A DNA stretch of 64,000 bases from Johnsonella sp. (GCA_030529445.1 JAUMWW010000002.1:54595-118594); one strand, 5' to 3'; numbered from the stretch's first letter, positions 10,951-21,085 are shown. Translations and numbers: made by a program. Notes: generated by a model from the letters alone, not told the origin.

Positions 10951-11007
10951 TGATCTCCCATCTCTCCCGAAGGAAGATGCGCAAGCCCTGGTCCGCCGCT
11001 TTTGCCG

Positions 11008-11802
11008 CTAAAGATTTACCACCCCGGAAAGCTGCTCTCTTTTTGCCACCTCTATCGGAATATCCCCCGCCGAAGAAAAGCCTGCCAAATAACTTAATTC
11101 ACATTTCACCGCTTCATAGGCGAGAGAGGGATAATTATTTTCACTGCTCAAATGACCGAGAAAAATTTTCTTAAGCCCCTGATGAAAAATTCTGCATAAG
11201 AGCTTCCCTGCGCTCTCATTGGAAAGATGCCCGAAATCGCTTAAAATTCTCCTCTTTAAGTGGTAGGGATAGGGACCCGCTTCAAGCATTCTGATATCAT
11301 GGTTCGCTTCCACCAAAACCGCATCCAGATTTCTCAGGTGCTCGACGATCTCTTCGGTATAATGCCCCAAATCCGTCGCCACCGCCACCGCCCTCTCTCC
11401 GGAGCTGACCCTGTATGCAAAGGGTTCTCTCGCATCATGATCTACCCGAAAGGGTTTAACCGTCAAGTCTCCGATCTTTGTCCTGCATTCCGAAGAAATC
11501 GGAATCAGCAGATCCTCAAAGCCCTCCGCCAGACCCATTCTCCGGATTTCTTCCAGACTTCCCGGTGAAGCATAGACCGGAATCCGGTGTTTTTTTAAAA
11601 ACACTTTCAATCCCTTGATATGATCGCTATGTTCATGGGTAATCAGTAATGCGCTCAGCTCATCCGCCTTGATTCCCAGCTCACTTAATCCGCATTCTAT
11701 CCGCTTATTGCTGATTCCCGCATCGATCAGGATATGTGTCTTATCCGAACCGAGATAAATTGAATTGCCGCTGCTCCCGCTGGCAATGCTCGCCATCCTC
11801 AT
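11008..11802 (-). CDS. MBL-fold metallo-hydrolase (YycJ/WalJ-like)
   Basis: HEHSDH zinc-binding motif; beta-lactamase fold signature along the length. Confidence 0.75.
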   Translation of the reverse strand: MRMASIASGSSGNSIYLGSDKTHILIDAGISNKRIECGLSELGIKADELSALLITHEHSDHIKGLKVFLKKHRIPVYASPGSLEEIRRMGLAEGFEDLLIPISSECRTKIGDLTVKPFRVDHDAREPFAYRVSSGERAVAVATDLGHYTEEIVEHLRNLDAVLVEANHDIRMLEAGPYPYHLKRRILSDFGHLSNESAGKLLCRIFHQGLKKIFLGHLSSENNYPSLAYEAVKCELSYLAGFSSAGDIPIEVAKREQLSGVVNL

Positions 11803-11850
11803 CTTCTTTACTTCCGTTCTGTTTTTATGATAGAAAACGCCTTCTGTTTC

Positions 11851-12054
11851 TCAGCTGACAAAGTTTCGGCTGATATGCCATAAAAAAGCGAAGATAAAAA
11901 AGATTCCGAGCAGAAAATAAATGATGCGGAGATTCTTTCTCCCCCAAAATTTTGCCAGCTTCGGGAGGTATCTCCCTCTATACATGCCCTCGGGGTCTTC
12001 TTTCGCAAGATAAATCAGATAAGCTCCGATTAAAAAAGCAATATAAGGCTCCAT
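11851..12054 (-). CDS. Small hydrophobic membrane protein, about 68 aa
   Basis: Internal ATG (MEPYIAFLIGAYLIYL...) with a GGAGGAAGAG RBS. Two predicted TM helices. The track ORF 11851..12147 is N-terminally over-extended. Confidence 0.4.
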   Translation of the reverse strand: MEPYIAFLIGAYLIYLAKEDPEGMYRGRYLPKLAKFWGRKNLRIIYFLLGIFFIFAFLWHISRNFVS

Positions 12055-12163
12055 TTTCTCTTCCTCCTTCGGTGATTTCCCGCAGCTTCCGCTTTCTTTT
12101 TCGGCGTTTGTCCAGTCTATTGTAGCAAGATTTATCCTCCAAAGCAATAAAATTTCCAGGCAA

Positions 12164-12200
12164 AAGAAGAGCCCCGCTTTTTAAGGCTTCGGCTCTTCTT
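12164..12200 (-). terminator. Rho-independent terminator-like hairpin downstream of the CoADR fusion gene
   Basis: aagaagagcc...ggctcttctt, a 10-bp stem, flanked by T/A-rich runs. Confidence 0.4.
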
Positions 12201-12225
12201 TCTTACTTTCAGGATCTTATTCCTC

Positions 12226-14730
12226 TTATATAAATAAATTCATATTGGAGTTATCATTTGCCTCAAGCATGGTCGCAACTCCTCCTATTTCTACGCCCTC
12301 GATCAGCTCCTCCTTCGTAATGCCCATCACATCCATCGACATCTGGCAGGCGATCATCCTGATTCCCGCCTTCTGTGCGCTTTGAATCAGATCCTCGAGA
12401 GAATAAATATTATTATCCTTCATTACCTTTCTGATCATTTTGGCTCCCATACCGAGCATATTCATTTTCGAAAGACCGAGCTTTCGGCTCCCTCTTGGCA
12501 TCATCCCGGCAAACATCTTGGAGATCAGGTTTTTCTTGACCGGAATATTTTCGCTCTTCCTTAAAATATTCAGCCCCCAGAAGGTGAAGAACATATTGAC
12601 CTTATCTCCCATCGCAACCGCTCCGTTGGCAATGATAAAGGAAGCGATCGCCTTATCGAGATCCGAGCTGAATACGATCATGCTCTTTTCCTGCCGCCTC
12701 TGCATCGTCGTGCAGCCCTGCAGGCTCACCGAACCCGAAGAAGCCAGCTTTCTGATCAGGGCATAAAACCTTCCCCCCTCGCAATTTCTCTCTATCAGCT
12801 CGTTTCCGGTATTCTTTACCCAGCTGATAATATCGGAATAAAAACCGGGATCGGTCGATTTCACACGCAGAAGCTCTCCTTTTTCCAGTCCCTCCATCGC
12901 CCTGGCAACCTCTACGATGGGACCGGGGCAGCAAAGCCCGCAGACATCAAGCTCCTTTACCGATTGCATTTCTTCAGTTTTTTTTTGCTCTTTCCCCTCT
13001 TCTTTTTCCTGCACCTCAATCAGCTCTCCGTTATCCTTAAAACCTGCATAGGAAGCGCCGCCCGCATCCTGATCCGGATGCAGTATTCGGTAGCTTCTGT
13101 ATCCTCCCAGAAGATTTTTCGCCTTAAATCCGTTTTGGAGCATCAGCCTTGCTCCGATATATCCCCTCAGACCGACTGCACAGCTTAATACATAGGTTTT
13201 ATTCCTATCCAGATTCTTCATTTCTTCTCGCAGCGATCCGAGCGGTATCGGAAGCGCTCCGGGAAGAGTGCCGCTCATCCGCTCCATATCCTCCCTGACA
13301 TCGATCAGCACGATTTCCTCTCCCTGATCGATCAGCTCCTCCGGACGAAGGACCTCGATCAATCCCTCCAATTGATTCATCGCCGTAAATCCCGCCATAT
13401 TTACGGGATCTTTTGCGGAGGAATAAGGAGGCGCATAGGCAAGTTCAAGCTCCGCAAGATCTTCCACGCTTCCCTTCATTCTGATCAGCGCCGCGATCAC
13501 GTCTATTCTCTTATCGACGCCGTCATAACCGACGATCTGGGCACCCAGGACTCTGCCCTCCGTATCAAAAATCAGCTTGATGCTCATTGCCGCCGCACCG
13601 GGATAATATCCGGCATGGGAATTGGGATGGATCAGAGTCACTCTGTAATCTCTCTTATATTCTTTTCCCGCGGCGCGCAGAGCCTTCTCGTTTAATCCCG
13701 TCGCGGCAACCGAAAGATCGAAAATCTTAGCCACGCTCGTTCCCTGCGTTCCCTTATAAGTACGCTTTTTGCCGAGCACGATATTGTCCGCCGCGATTCT
13801 TCCCTGCTTATTTGCCGGTCCCGCAAGCGGAATCATCGTCTTATTGCCGAGCACGAAATGGTCCACTTCGATAATATCTCCCACCGCCAAAATATCCGGA
13901 TCGGAAGTCTGCATATATTCATCCACGACGAGTCCGCCTCTGGCATTGAGTTCCAAGCCCGCTTCTTTGGCAAGCTCCGAATTCGGGCGTATTCCTATCG
14001 AAAGAATAACCATCTCCGCCTCTACCTTGCTTTCATCCTCAAGGAGGATCTCGGAGATTCCTTCCCGATGCAGGATCTTTTGAACGCCGTTATTGGTGAT
14101 GAGCCTCACTCCCTTATCTCTTAAATGCTGCTCGACGATCTGCGCCATATCGAAGTCCAGCGGAGCCATAACCTGATCCGCCTTTTCGATTACGCTCACC
14201 TCTATCCCTCTGTGGGCGAAGTTTTCCGCCATCTCAAGTCCGATAAATCCGCCTCCGATCACCGCCGCTTTTTTCACCCCGTGCTCCTTGATATAGGAGT
14301 AGATCTTGTCGGTATCCGGAATATTCCAAAGCGTAAACACGTTGTCGGCTTCAAATCCCTCTACCGGAGGCTTGATCGGTCTTGAACCCGTGGATAAAAG
14401 AAGCTTATCATAGGGAAGGGTATAGCTCTCGCCGCTTTTAAGATCTTTTACTTCCACTTCCTTCTTTTCTCTGTCTATCCTGAGCGCCTCGCTGTTTACT
14501 CTGACATCGATGCGATATTTTTTGGAAATCTCTTCCGGCGTGGAAACAAAGAGCGCATCTCTTTCCTTGATCACTCCGCCGATATAATAGGGAAGCCCGC
14601 AGTTGGCAAAAGAAACATATCCGCCTCTCTCCAAAAGTATGATATTTGCGTCCTCATCCATTCTTCTCAATCTTGCCGCCGCGGTAGCGCCTCCCGCAAC
14701 ACCGCCGATGATGATAATATTTTTATGCAT
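12226..14730 (-). CDS. cdr: CoA-disulfide reductase / NADH oxidase fused to rhodanese, TusA-like and DsrE-like domains (CoA persulfide reductase type)
   Basis: N-terminal FAD fold (GGVAGGATAAARL) with the redox Cys in SFANCGLPY. Rhodanese segment with active-site Cys (SCAVGLRG). TusA-type CPxP motif (CGLCCPGP). C-terminal DsrE/DsrF-like domain. Confidence 0.8.
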   Translation of the reverse strand: MHKNIIIIGGVAGGATAAARLRRMDEDANIILLERGGYVSFANCGLPYYIGGVIKERDALFVSTPEEISKKYRIDVRVNSEALRIDREKKEVEVKDLKSGESYTLPYDKLLLSTGSRPIKPPVEGFEADNVFTLWNIPDTDKIYSYIKEHGVKKAAVIGGGFIGLEMAENFAHRGIEVSVIEKADQVMAPLDFDMAQIVEQHLRDKGVRLITNNGVQKILHREGISEILLEDESKVEAEMVILSIGIRPNSELAKEAGLELNARGGLVVDEYMQTSDPDILAVGDIIEVDHFVLGNKTMIPLAGPANKQGRIAADNIVLGKKRTYKGTQGTSVAKIFDLSVAATGLNEKALRAAGKEYKRDYRVTLIHPNSHAGYYPGAAAMSIKLIFDTEGRVLGAQIVGYDGVDKRIDVIAALIRMKGSVEDLAELELAYAPPYSSAKDPVNMAGFTAMNQLEGLIEVLRPEELIDQGEEIVLIDVREDMERMSGTLPGALPIPLGSLREEMKNLDRNKTYVLSCAVGLRGYIGARLMLQNGFKAKNLLGGYRSYRILHPDQDAGGASYAGFKDNGELIEVQEKEEGKEQKKTEEMQSVKELDVCGLCCPGPIVEVARAMEGLEKGELLRVKSTDPGFYSDIISWVKNTGNELIERNCEGGRFYALIRKLASSGSVSLQGCTTMQRRQEKSMIVFSSDLDKAIASFIIANGAVAMGDKVNMFFTFWGLNILRKSENIPVKKNLISKMFAGMMPRGSRKLGLSKMNMLGMGAKMIRKVMKDNNIYSLEDLIQSAQKAGIRMIACQMSMDVMGITKEELIEGVEIGGVATMLEANDNSNMNLFI

Positions 14731-14741
14731 AATTCCTCTCC

Positions 14742-15035
14742 CTAAAAAAATGATTTAATCATATTGCTGATATCCTTGTCGACGAGGCTGTAATAAACCT
14801 CGGTTCCCTGCTTTTTCGCCTCTACGATTCCCATATCCCTGAGCTTCGACAGATGCTGTGAAATCCCCGACTGGGAGATGCCCATACAATCCGTAAAATA
14901 TCCCACATTGCAGGGTCCCTCTCTGAAAAGTCTTTTCACAATGCATAGCCTCGCCGGATGAGAAACCGCCTTCAATAGATTTGCCAAATGCAGAATTCTT
15001 GCATTATCGGGATTATCTTCCCTTTCCTCTCGCAT
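14742..15035 (-). CDS. ArsR/SmtB-family transcriptional regulator, possibly a thiol/persulfide sensor
   Basis: Winged-helix HTH (GISQSGISQHLSKLRDMGIV). Cysteines in alpha2 (ARLCIVKRL) and around GPCNVGYFTDC. Sits immediately upstream of the CoADR-RHD fusion on the same strand. Confidence 0.75.
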   Translation of the reverse strand: MREEREDNPDNARILHLANLLKAVSHPARLCIVKRLFREGPCNVGYFTDCMGISQSGISQHLSKLRDMGIVEAKKQGTEVYYSLVDKDISNMIKSFF

Positions 15036-15101
15036 TCCTCTACCTCCTCTCCATCCTGATGAGTTTTCTTTCGGATGTTCATTTTTATATTATTATATTC
15101 T

Positions 15102-15115
15102 AATATTATAATATT
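15102..15115. promoter_or_regulatory. Perfect 14-bp palindrome (aatattataatatt) in the ArsR promoter region; candidate operator
   Basis: The palindrome sits about 65 nt upstream of the ArsR start inside an AT-rich promoter-like stretch. Confidence 0.3.
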
Positions 15116-15143
15116 CAAATGCTCTAATGTAATGATATGATAA

Positions 15144-15182
15144 AAATCCGTTTCTGTCAAGCAAAAAAACAAAAACGGATTT
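15144..15182 (-). terminator. Terminator hairpin downstream of prfC
   Basis: aaatccgttt ... aaacggattt stem followed by a U-tract on the minus strand. Confidence 0.5.
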
Positions 15183-15193
15183 CCTCTTTAGAT

Positions 15194-16777
15194 CTATCCT
15201 CTTCCGAACTCGCTCAGCCTAAGCCCCGGATTTCTTTCCTCCACCATGCGTATGCTCCACGGATTGATGAAAATCAAAAGCGGGCGCTCCTTTAAGTCCT
15301 TGATTTTTTTCATATCGCTCGTTCCCTGGAGCTTATCCGTATCGATTTCATCCGGATTCTCTATCCAGCGGATATGCTCATAAGGAAGCTTTTCCAGCTT
15401 GATCTCTACATTGTACTCGTTTTCCAGCCTATAGCTGAGCACATCGAACTGAAGCTGACCGACGACGCCGACGATGATTTCTTCCATTCCGGTATTGAAC
15501 TCCTGGAAGATCTGTATCGCTCCCTCCTGCGCAATCTGATAAACTCCTTTGATAAACTGCTTGCGCTTCATCGTATCGACCTGGCGCACTCTGGCAAAAT
15601 GCTCGGGTGCAAAGGTCGGAATTCCTTCAAATTCCAGCCTCTCTTTTGCGGAAGAGAGCGTATCCCCGATCGAAAAAATTCCCGGATCAAAGACGCCGAT
15701 AATATCTCCCGCATAGGCTTCCTCGACGATCTTTCTCTCGTCCGCCATCATCTGCGTGGATTGATTCAGCCTGATCTTCTTTCCTCCCTGGGTATGAAAA
15801 ACCTCCATTCCCGGGCTGTAACGACCTGTGCAGATGCGCATGAAGGCGATCCTGTCCCGATGCGCCTTATTCATATTCGCCTGTATCTTAAAGACAAAGG
15901 CGGAGAAAAAATCATCCCGCATAGGCTCAACCATACCCTCCACGGTCTTTCTCGGCAAGGGAGGGCTGGTCATCTTAAGAAAATGCTCCAAAAAGGTCTC
16001 CACTCCGAAATTGGTCAGCGCCGAACCGAAAAAGACGGGAGAAAGCTCTCCCCTGCTCACTCTCTCCATATCCAGCTCATCGCTCGCCCCGTCGAGGAGT
16101 TCGATATCTTCCATCAGTTTCTCATACTCGCCTTCCCCGAGCTGCCCGCGCGCCTCTTCCAAAGGATAATCCTTCGTTTCCACCTCCTTCATGCCGGCAA
16201 GCGCCGCTCTGAAGGTGCTCACTCTCCCGCTCTTTCTGTCATACACTCCCCGGAAGCCTTTTCCGCATCCGATGGGCCAATTTACCGGACAGGTTCTGAT
16301 TTTAAGCACCTCTTCAATCTCATCCATCAGCTCGAAGGGATCCTTTGCCTCCCTGTCCAGCTTATTGATAAAAGTAAAAATCGGAATATTTCGAAGCACG
16401 CAGACCTTAAAGAGCTTGATCGTCTGCGCCTCCACTCCCTTTCCCGCATCGATGACCATTACCGCAGAGTCGGCAGCCATCAGCGTACGGTAGGTATCCT
16501 CCGAAAAGTCCTGATGCCCGGGCGTATCCAGAATATTGATGCAAAATCCCTCATAATTAAACTGCATCACCGAAGAGGATACGGATATTCCTCTCTCCTT
16601 TTCGATCTCCATCCAGTCGCTGACCGCATATTTCGCCGTTTTTCTTCCCTTGACGCTTCCCGCCAGATTGATCGCTCCTCCGTAGAGAAGGAATTTTTCG
16701 GTCAATGTCGTCTTTCCCGCATCCGGGTGGCTGATGATCGCAAAGGTTCTCCTTTTTTTTACTTCTTCAAAATTCAA
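15194..16777 (-). CDS. prfC: Peptide chain release factor 3
   Basis: GTPase G1 AIISHPDAGKTTLTEK; RF3 family along the full length (527 aa). Confidence 0.9.
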   Translation of the reverse strand: MNFEEVKKRRTFAIISHPDAGKTTLTEKFLLYGGAINLAGSVKGRKTAKYAVSDWMEIEKERGISVSSSVMQFNYEGFCINILDTPGHQDFSEDTYRTLMAADSAVMVIDAGKGVEAQTIKLFKVCVLRNIPIFTFINKLDREAKDPFELMDEIEEVLKIRTCPVNWPIGCGKGFRGVYDRKSGRVSTFRAALAGMKEVETKDYPLEEARGQLGEGEYEKLMEDIELLDGASDELDMERVSRGELSPVFFGSALTNFGVETFLEHFLKMTSPPLPRKTVEGMVEPMRDDFFSAFVFKIQANMNKAHRDRIAFMRICTGRYSPGMEVFHTQGGKKIRLNQSTQMMADERKIVEEAYAGDIIGVFDPGIFSIGDTLSSAKERLEFEGIPTFAPEHFARVRQVDTMKRKQFIKGVYQIAQEGAIQIFQEFNTGMEEIIVGVVGQLQFDVLSYRLENEYNVEIKLEKLPYEHIRWIENPDEIDTDKLQGTSDMKKIKDLKERPLLIFINPWSIRMVEERNPGLRLSEFGRG

Positions 16778-16858
16778 ATCTGTATTTCCCCCAGTCTCTT
16801 TTAAAATTCCGCCGCAGAAAACGCTTTTTTCTCAGAGAGAAAGAGTTTTTTCTCTTCT

Positions 16859-18070
16859 TTATCCTCTCCCCGACATTTCCCGGCATTTTGATATGATCTC
16901 GTCCAATATCGCATGTGCCAATTCTCTCTTCGTCATCAATGCAAGATCCTTTGTCCTCTCTTTGGTAATCAGGGTCACGCGGTTCGTATCGACACCGAAT
17001 CCCGCCCCCTCCTCATTCAGATTATTCGCCACGATCATATCCAGATTCTTTTTATACAGCTTTTTGGAAGAATTTTCAATCAGATTTTCCGTTTCCATCG
17101 AAAAACCGCAAAGAAATTGATGAGTTTTCTTATGCTCTCCCAAAAACCGCAGAATGTCCCGGGTCCTCTCCAGCTCTATCGCGGCATCCTCTCCGCTTTT
17201 TTTGATCTTATTCTCCGCGATATGCTTCGGTCTGTAATCGGCTACCGCCGCCGCCTTGATAATGATATCCTGCGCTTCGTATCTGGATTGAATCGCTTCA
17301 AACATCTCCTTTGCCGAGACGATTTGCACCAAATCTACAAATGCGGGAAGCTTCTCTGCCGTGCTGCCGACGACCAGCGTCGTTTTCGCCCCTCTGTCGG
17401 CAGCCGCCCGGGCAAGCTCTATGCCCATTTTTCCGCTGGAATGGTTGCTGATGAACCTGACCGGATCGATCGCCTCCCTCGTGGGACCCGCGCTGATGAG
17501 GATTCTTTTTCCTCTCAGATCCTTCTCATAGGCGACTTCATGGATCGCATATTCCAGAATCGTATCCGGATCCGCCATTTTTCCCTTTCCGATATCGCCG
17601 CAGGCAAGATGACCGCAGACAGGCTCTATGAGCTTGATTTTATACAGCTTCAGCCTGTCCATATTATCCTGCACGATCGGATTTTCATACATTCTGGTAT
17701 TCATCGCGGGGGCAATGAGAATCGGGCATTTTGCGGCAAGCAGAGTCGTCGTCAGCATATCATCCGCAATTCCGTTTGCCATCTTGCCGATGATATCCGC
17801 CGTAGCGGGGGCTACGATAAAAAGATCGGCTTTTTTTGCCAATTCGATATGCTCCACCTTAAATTCAAAATTTCGCTCAAAGGTATCCGTCAGACATTTA
17901 TGGGAGGAAAGGCTCTCAAAGGTAATCGGACCGATAAAATGCAATGCGTTCCTGGTCATAATGACATGCACCTCAGCTCCCTCCCTGACCAAAGCGCTCA
18001 CGAGTCCCGCCGTCTTATATGCGGCGATGCCTCCCGATACGCCTACGATAATTGTTTTTCCTTTCAGCAT
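16859..18070 (-). CDS. coaBC: Bifunctional phosphopantothenoylcysteine decarboxylase / phosphopantothenate-cysteine ligase
   Basis: Flavoprotein N-domain (IVGVSGGIAAYK) plus C-terminal DFP ligase domain; 403 aa. Confidence 0.9.
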   Translation of the reverse strand: MLKGKTIIVGVSGGIAAYKTAGLVSALVREGAEVHVIMTRNALHFIGPITFESLSSHKCLTDTFERNFEFKVEHIELAKKADLFIVAPATADIIGKMANGIADDMLTTTLLAAKCPILIAPAMNTRMYENPIVQDNMDRLKLYKIKLIEPVCGHLACGDIGKGKMADPDTILEYAIHEVAYEKDLRGKRILISAGPTREAIDPVRFISNHSSGKMGIELARAAADRGAKTTLVVGSTAEKLPAFVDLVQIVSAKEMFEAIQSRYEAQDIIIKAAAVADYRPKHIAENKIKKSGEDAAIELERTRDILRFLGEHKKTHQFLCGFSMETENLIENSSKKLYKKNLDMIVANNLNEEGAGFGVDTNRVTLITKERTKDLALMTKRELAHAILDEIISKCREMSGRG

Positions 18071-18155
18071 AGCTCCCTCCTTTTATTGTTTTCATCCTTT
18101 GCTTATGATAAAATATGAACTTAGCTTATTCTAACATAAGGAAAGGAAAGAAACC

Positions 18156-18923
18156 ATGATTTTAGCAATAGATATGGGCAATACCAATATCGTGATCGGG
18201 GGAATCGACGAAGAGAAGATCTATTTCCTCGAAAGAATCACGACGGACAGAGGAAGAACCGATCTCGAATATGCGGTCAATATTAAAAATATTTTTGAAA
18301 TCCATAAAATAGAAGCGGATACGATAGAGGGCTGCATCATCTCAAGCGTGGTGCCCCCTCTGAATAATACGATCTTTTCCGCACTTGGAAAGATCACCGG
18401 TAAAAAAAGCATCCTCGTAAGACATAATATGAATACCGGGCTCTGCATCGATATGGATAATCCTCAGTCGGTGGGTGCCGATCTTATCGTGGATTCGGTT
18501 GCGGCGATGGCGGAATACCCCCTCCCGCTTGCCGTCATTGATATGGGAACGGCTACGACGATCTTCGTCGTAGATGAAGAGAAAAAATTCATCGGAGGCA
18601 TCATCCATCCCGGGCTTCGGGTTTCTCTCGACTCCCTCAGCTCCCGAACCGCCCAGCTTCCCCATATTAATCTCGAATATCCCTCCAGAATCATCTCGAA
18701 AAACACGATCGAAAGCATGAGGAGCGGAATCCTGTACGGACATGCGGGAATGATAGACGGCTGCATCTCCAATATGGAAGAGGAACTGCAAAAAAAGCTC
18801 ACCGCGATTGCAACCGGAGGTCTTGCCCAGTTTATCGCCCCTCTTTGCCGTCATCGGGTCATTGTCGATGATCATCTGCTCCTGAAAGGACTCCTGATCC
18901 TCTACCGCAAAAATCAGGATTAA
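18156..18923 (+). CDS. coaX: Type III pantothenate kinase
   Basis: MILAIDMGNTN N-terminus; ASKHA fold; 255 aa. Confidence 0.9.
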   Translation: MILAIDMGNTNIVIGGIDEEKIYFLERITTDRGRTDLEYAVNIKNIFEIHKIEADTIEGCIISSVVPPLNNTIFSALGKITGKKSILVRHNMNTGLCIDMDNPQSVGADLIVDSVAAMAEYPLPLAVIDMGTATTIFVVDEEKKFIGGIIHPGLRVSLDSLSSRTAQLPHINLEYPSRIISKNTIESMRSGILYGHAGMIDGCISNMEEELQKKLTAIATGGLAQFIAPLCRHRVIVDDHLLLKGLLILYRKNQD

Positions 18924-21082
18924 AAAAGAGGGAGCTCTTCTTCGAGCCTTTCCTTAAGGAGGGTCTTCCTGTCCGATACCTTTACGTTTTCTACCGCATA
19001 GGCAAGCGCTTTTTTGCTCCCGACAATCACCAAAATCTTTTTTGCCCTCGTAATCCCGGTATAAATTAAATTTCTTTGCAGCATCATATAATGATTCATC
19101 AAAACCGGCATGACGACGATCTTATATTCCGAACCTTGGGATTTATGTATCGTGGAGGCATAGGCAAGCACGATCTCGTCCAGACGGGCGCTCTCATAGA
19201 GGAGGGAGCGCCCCTCAAAATTGATGCTAAGCACCCCTTCTTCGGCATCCACGCTTTCTATCCTGCCGATATCTCCGTTAAACACCTCGTTATCGTAATT
19301 ATTGCGGATCTGCATCACCTTATCGCCGCGGCAATAAAAATATCCTCCTCTTCGGATCCCCTCTTTGCTCGGATTGAGAGCCCGCTGCAGAGCCTGATTC
19401 AGGTTTTCCGCTCCTATCTCCCCTTTTTGCATCGGAGTCAGCACCTGGATATCCCCGGGCTTTACGCCGTAATAGCGCGGAAGCTTATCCGAAACGAGGG
19501 AAACGATCGTTTTCAATGCTCTTTCCGGATTTTCCTCCTCCATAAAAAAGAAATCGCTTTCCCTTCCGTTTGAAATATCGGGCATCTTTCCCGTATTGAT
19601 CCTATGGGCATTGAGAATGATCCTGCTGGACTGCGCCTGCCGGAAAATCCTGCACAGCCTGATCAGCGGAAATCTCTCCGAATCTATCATATCCCTGAGC
19701 ACGTTTCCCGCCCCGACGCTCGGCAGCTGATCGATATCACCGACCAATATAAGGCTCATCGAATTCGGAACCGCCTTGAGGAGGTGATACATCAAAAGCA
19801 GATCGATCATCGAGCATTCATCGAGAATGAGCACATCCCCCTCCAGCGGTTCTTCTTCATTTTTCTGATATGCATCCGGAGGCTTGATCTCCAGGAGACG
19901 ATGTATGGTTTTTGCCTCCAGCCCCGTCGCCTCGCTCAGTCTCTTTGCCGCCCTTCCCGTAGGCGCCGCCAAAAGAATCCTCGCTCCGCTCTCCTTATAT
20001 GCCTCGATAATCCCCAGCGTGGTTGTCGTCTTTCCCGTTCCCGGTCCCCCCGTAAGAATCATGATTTTACTTTTCAGTGCTGTTTTTATCGCTTCAATCT
20101 GCACCTCATCGTATTCGATTTTGCTTTTGTTTTTTATCCTTTTGAGGATGCTTTCCTCCGCTTTTCCCTCTTCCAAAGCCGATCTCTTGGGCGCTTTAAA
20201 AATTGCGGAGAGATGCTTGGCGGTTCCGGATTCGGCAAAAAAGAAAGGCGGAAGATAGATAATCTTCTCCTCCTCCCGGATTTCCGTAAACAAATCCCTT
20301 ACCCGTATCATCTCATCCAAGGTCATGGAAAGCAGAGATTCCTCGACCTCAAGAAGCTTGCATCCCGTTTCCAGCAGAAGCTCCCTGGTCGCATAGCAAT
20401 GCCCTTCATCGGCAAGCCGATTCATCGTATACAAGAGCCCGCTTCTTAACCTTACATATTTGAGATGATCAAATCCCATCTTGGAGGCGATAATATCCGC
20501 GGTTTTAAATCCGATTCCTCTGACCTCATCGGCGAGGCGATAGGGATTTTCTCTCACGACCCGAATGCTCTCATCTCCGTACTCCTTATAAATCCTGGTT
20601 GCGTGCAGGGTGCTCACATCATGGCTCTGCAAAAAGATCATGATGTTCTTGATCTCTTTTTGCTCCACCCAGCTTGTTTTAATCCGCTCGACAAGCATTT
20701 TCCCTATCCCGGGAACCGAAAGCAGCCGATCCGGATCTTTTTCTATGATTTCCAAGGTGTCTTTTCCGAATTTCGCGACAATTTTTTTGGCAAACTTCGG
20801 ACCGATTCCCCTGATCATGCCGCTGCCCAGATATTTCTCCATGCCGAATACGGTGGCGGGAAGCTGCTCTTCAAAGCTTTCCATCGCAAACTGCCTTCCG
20901 TATCTGCTGTCTATTGTCCAGCTTCCCTCCGCCCTAAGCACCGTCCCGACATAGACCCGCGGCAGATTTCCCACCAGTGTAATCAGCTCCTGATAGCCCT
21001 TCACCCGGCATCTGAGCACCGTATATCCCGTTTCCTGATTTTGGTAGGTGATTCTTTCAATAACACATCTGATCTGATCCAT
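18920..21082 (-). CDS. recD2: ATP-dependent RecD-like DNA helicase (RecD2/SF1B)
   Basis: Walker A LTGGPGTGKTTT. N-terminal HhH/OB segment. C-terminal SF1 helicase motifs (VGDIDQLPSVGAG, ASTIHKSQGSE). Confidence 0.85.
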   Translation of the reverse strand: MDQIRCVIERITYQNQETGYTVLRCRVKGYQELITLVGNLPRVYVGTVLRAEGSWTIDSRYGRQFAMESFEEQLPATVFGMEKYLGSGMIRGIGPKFAKKIVAKFGKDTLEIIEKDPDRLLSVPGIGKMLVERIKTSWVEQKEIKNIMIFLQSHDVSTLHATRIYKEYGDESIRVVRENPYRLADEVRGIGFKTADIIASKMGFDHLKYVRLRSGLLYTMNRLADEGHCYATRELLLETGCKLLEVEESLLSMTLDEMIRVRDLFTEIREEEKIIYLPPFFFAESGTAKHLSAIFKAPKRSALEEGKAEESILKRIKNKSKIEYDEVQIEAIKTALKSKIMILTGGPGTGKTTTTLGIIEAYKESGARILLAAPTGRAAKRLSEATGLEAKTIHRLLEIKPPDAYQKNEEEPLEGDVLILDECSMIDLLLMYHLLKAVPNSMSLILVGDIDQLPSVGAGNVLRDMIDSERFPLIRLCRIFRQAQSSRIILNAHRINTGKMPDISNGRESDFFFMEEENPERALKTIVSLVSDKLPRYYGVKPGDIQVLTPMQKGEIGAENLNQALQRALNPSKEGIRRGGYFYCRGDKVMQIRNNYDNEVFNGDIGRIESVDAEEGVLSINFEGRSLLYESARLDEIVLAYASTIHKSQGSEYKIVVMPVLMNHYMMLQRNLIYTGITRAKKILVIVGSKKALAYAVENVKVSDRKTLLKERLEEELPLF

Positions 21083-21085
21083 TCT

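Noticed and set aside
15374-16804. 476-aa + strand ORF
   Set aside because: Antisense to prfC.
16913-18118. 401-aa + strand ORF
   Set aside because: Antisense to coaBC, which has clear flavoprotein/ligase motifs; there is no independent evidence for it.
19604-20449. 281-aa + strand ORF
   Set aside because: Antisense to recD2.
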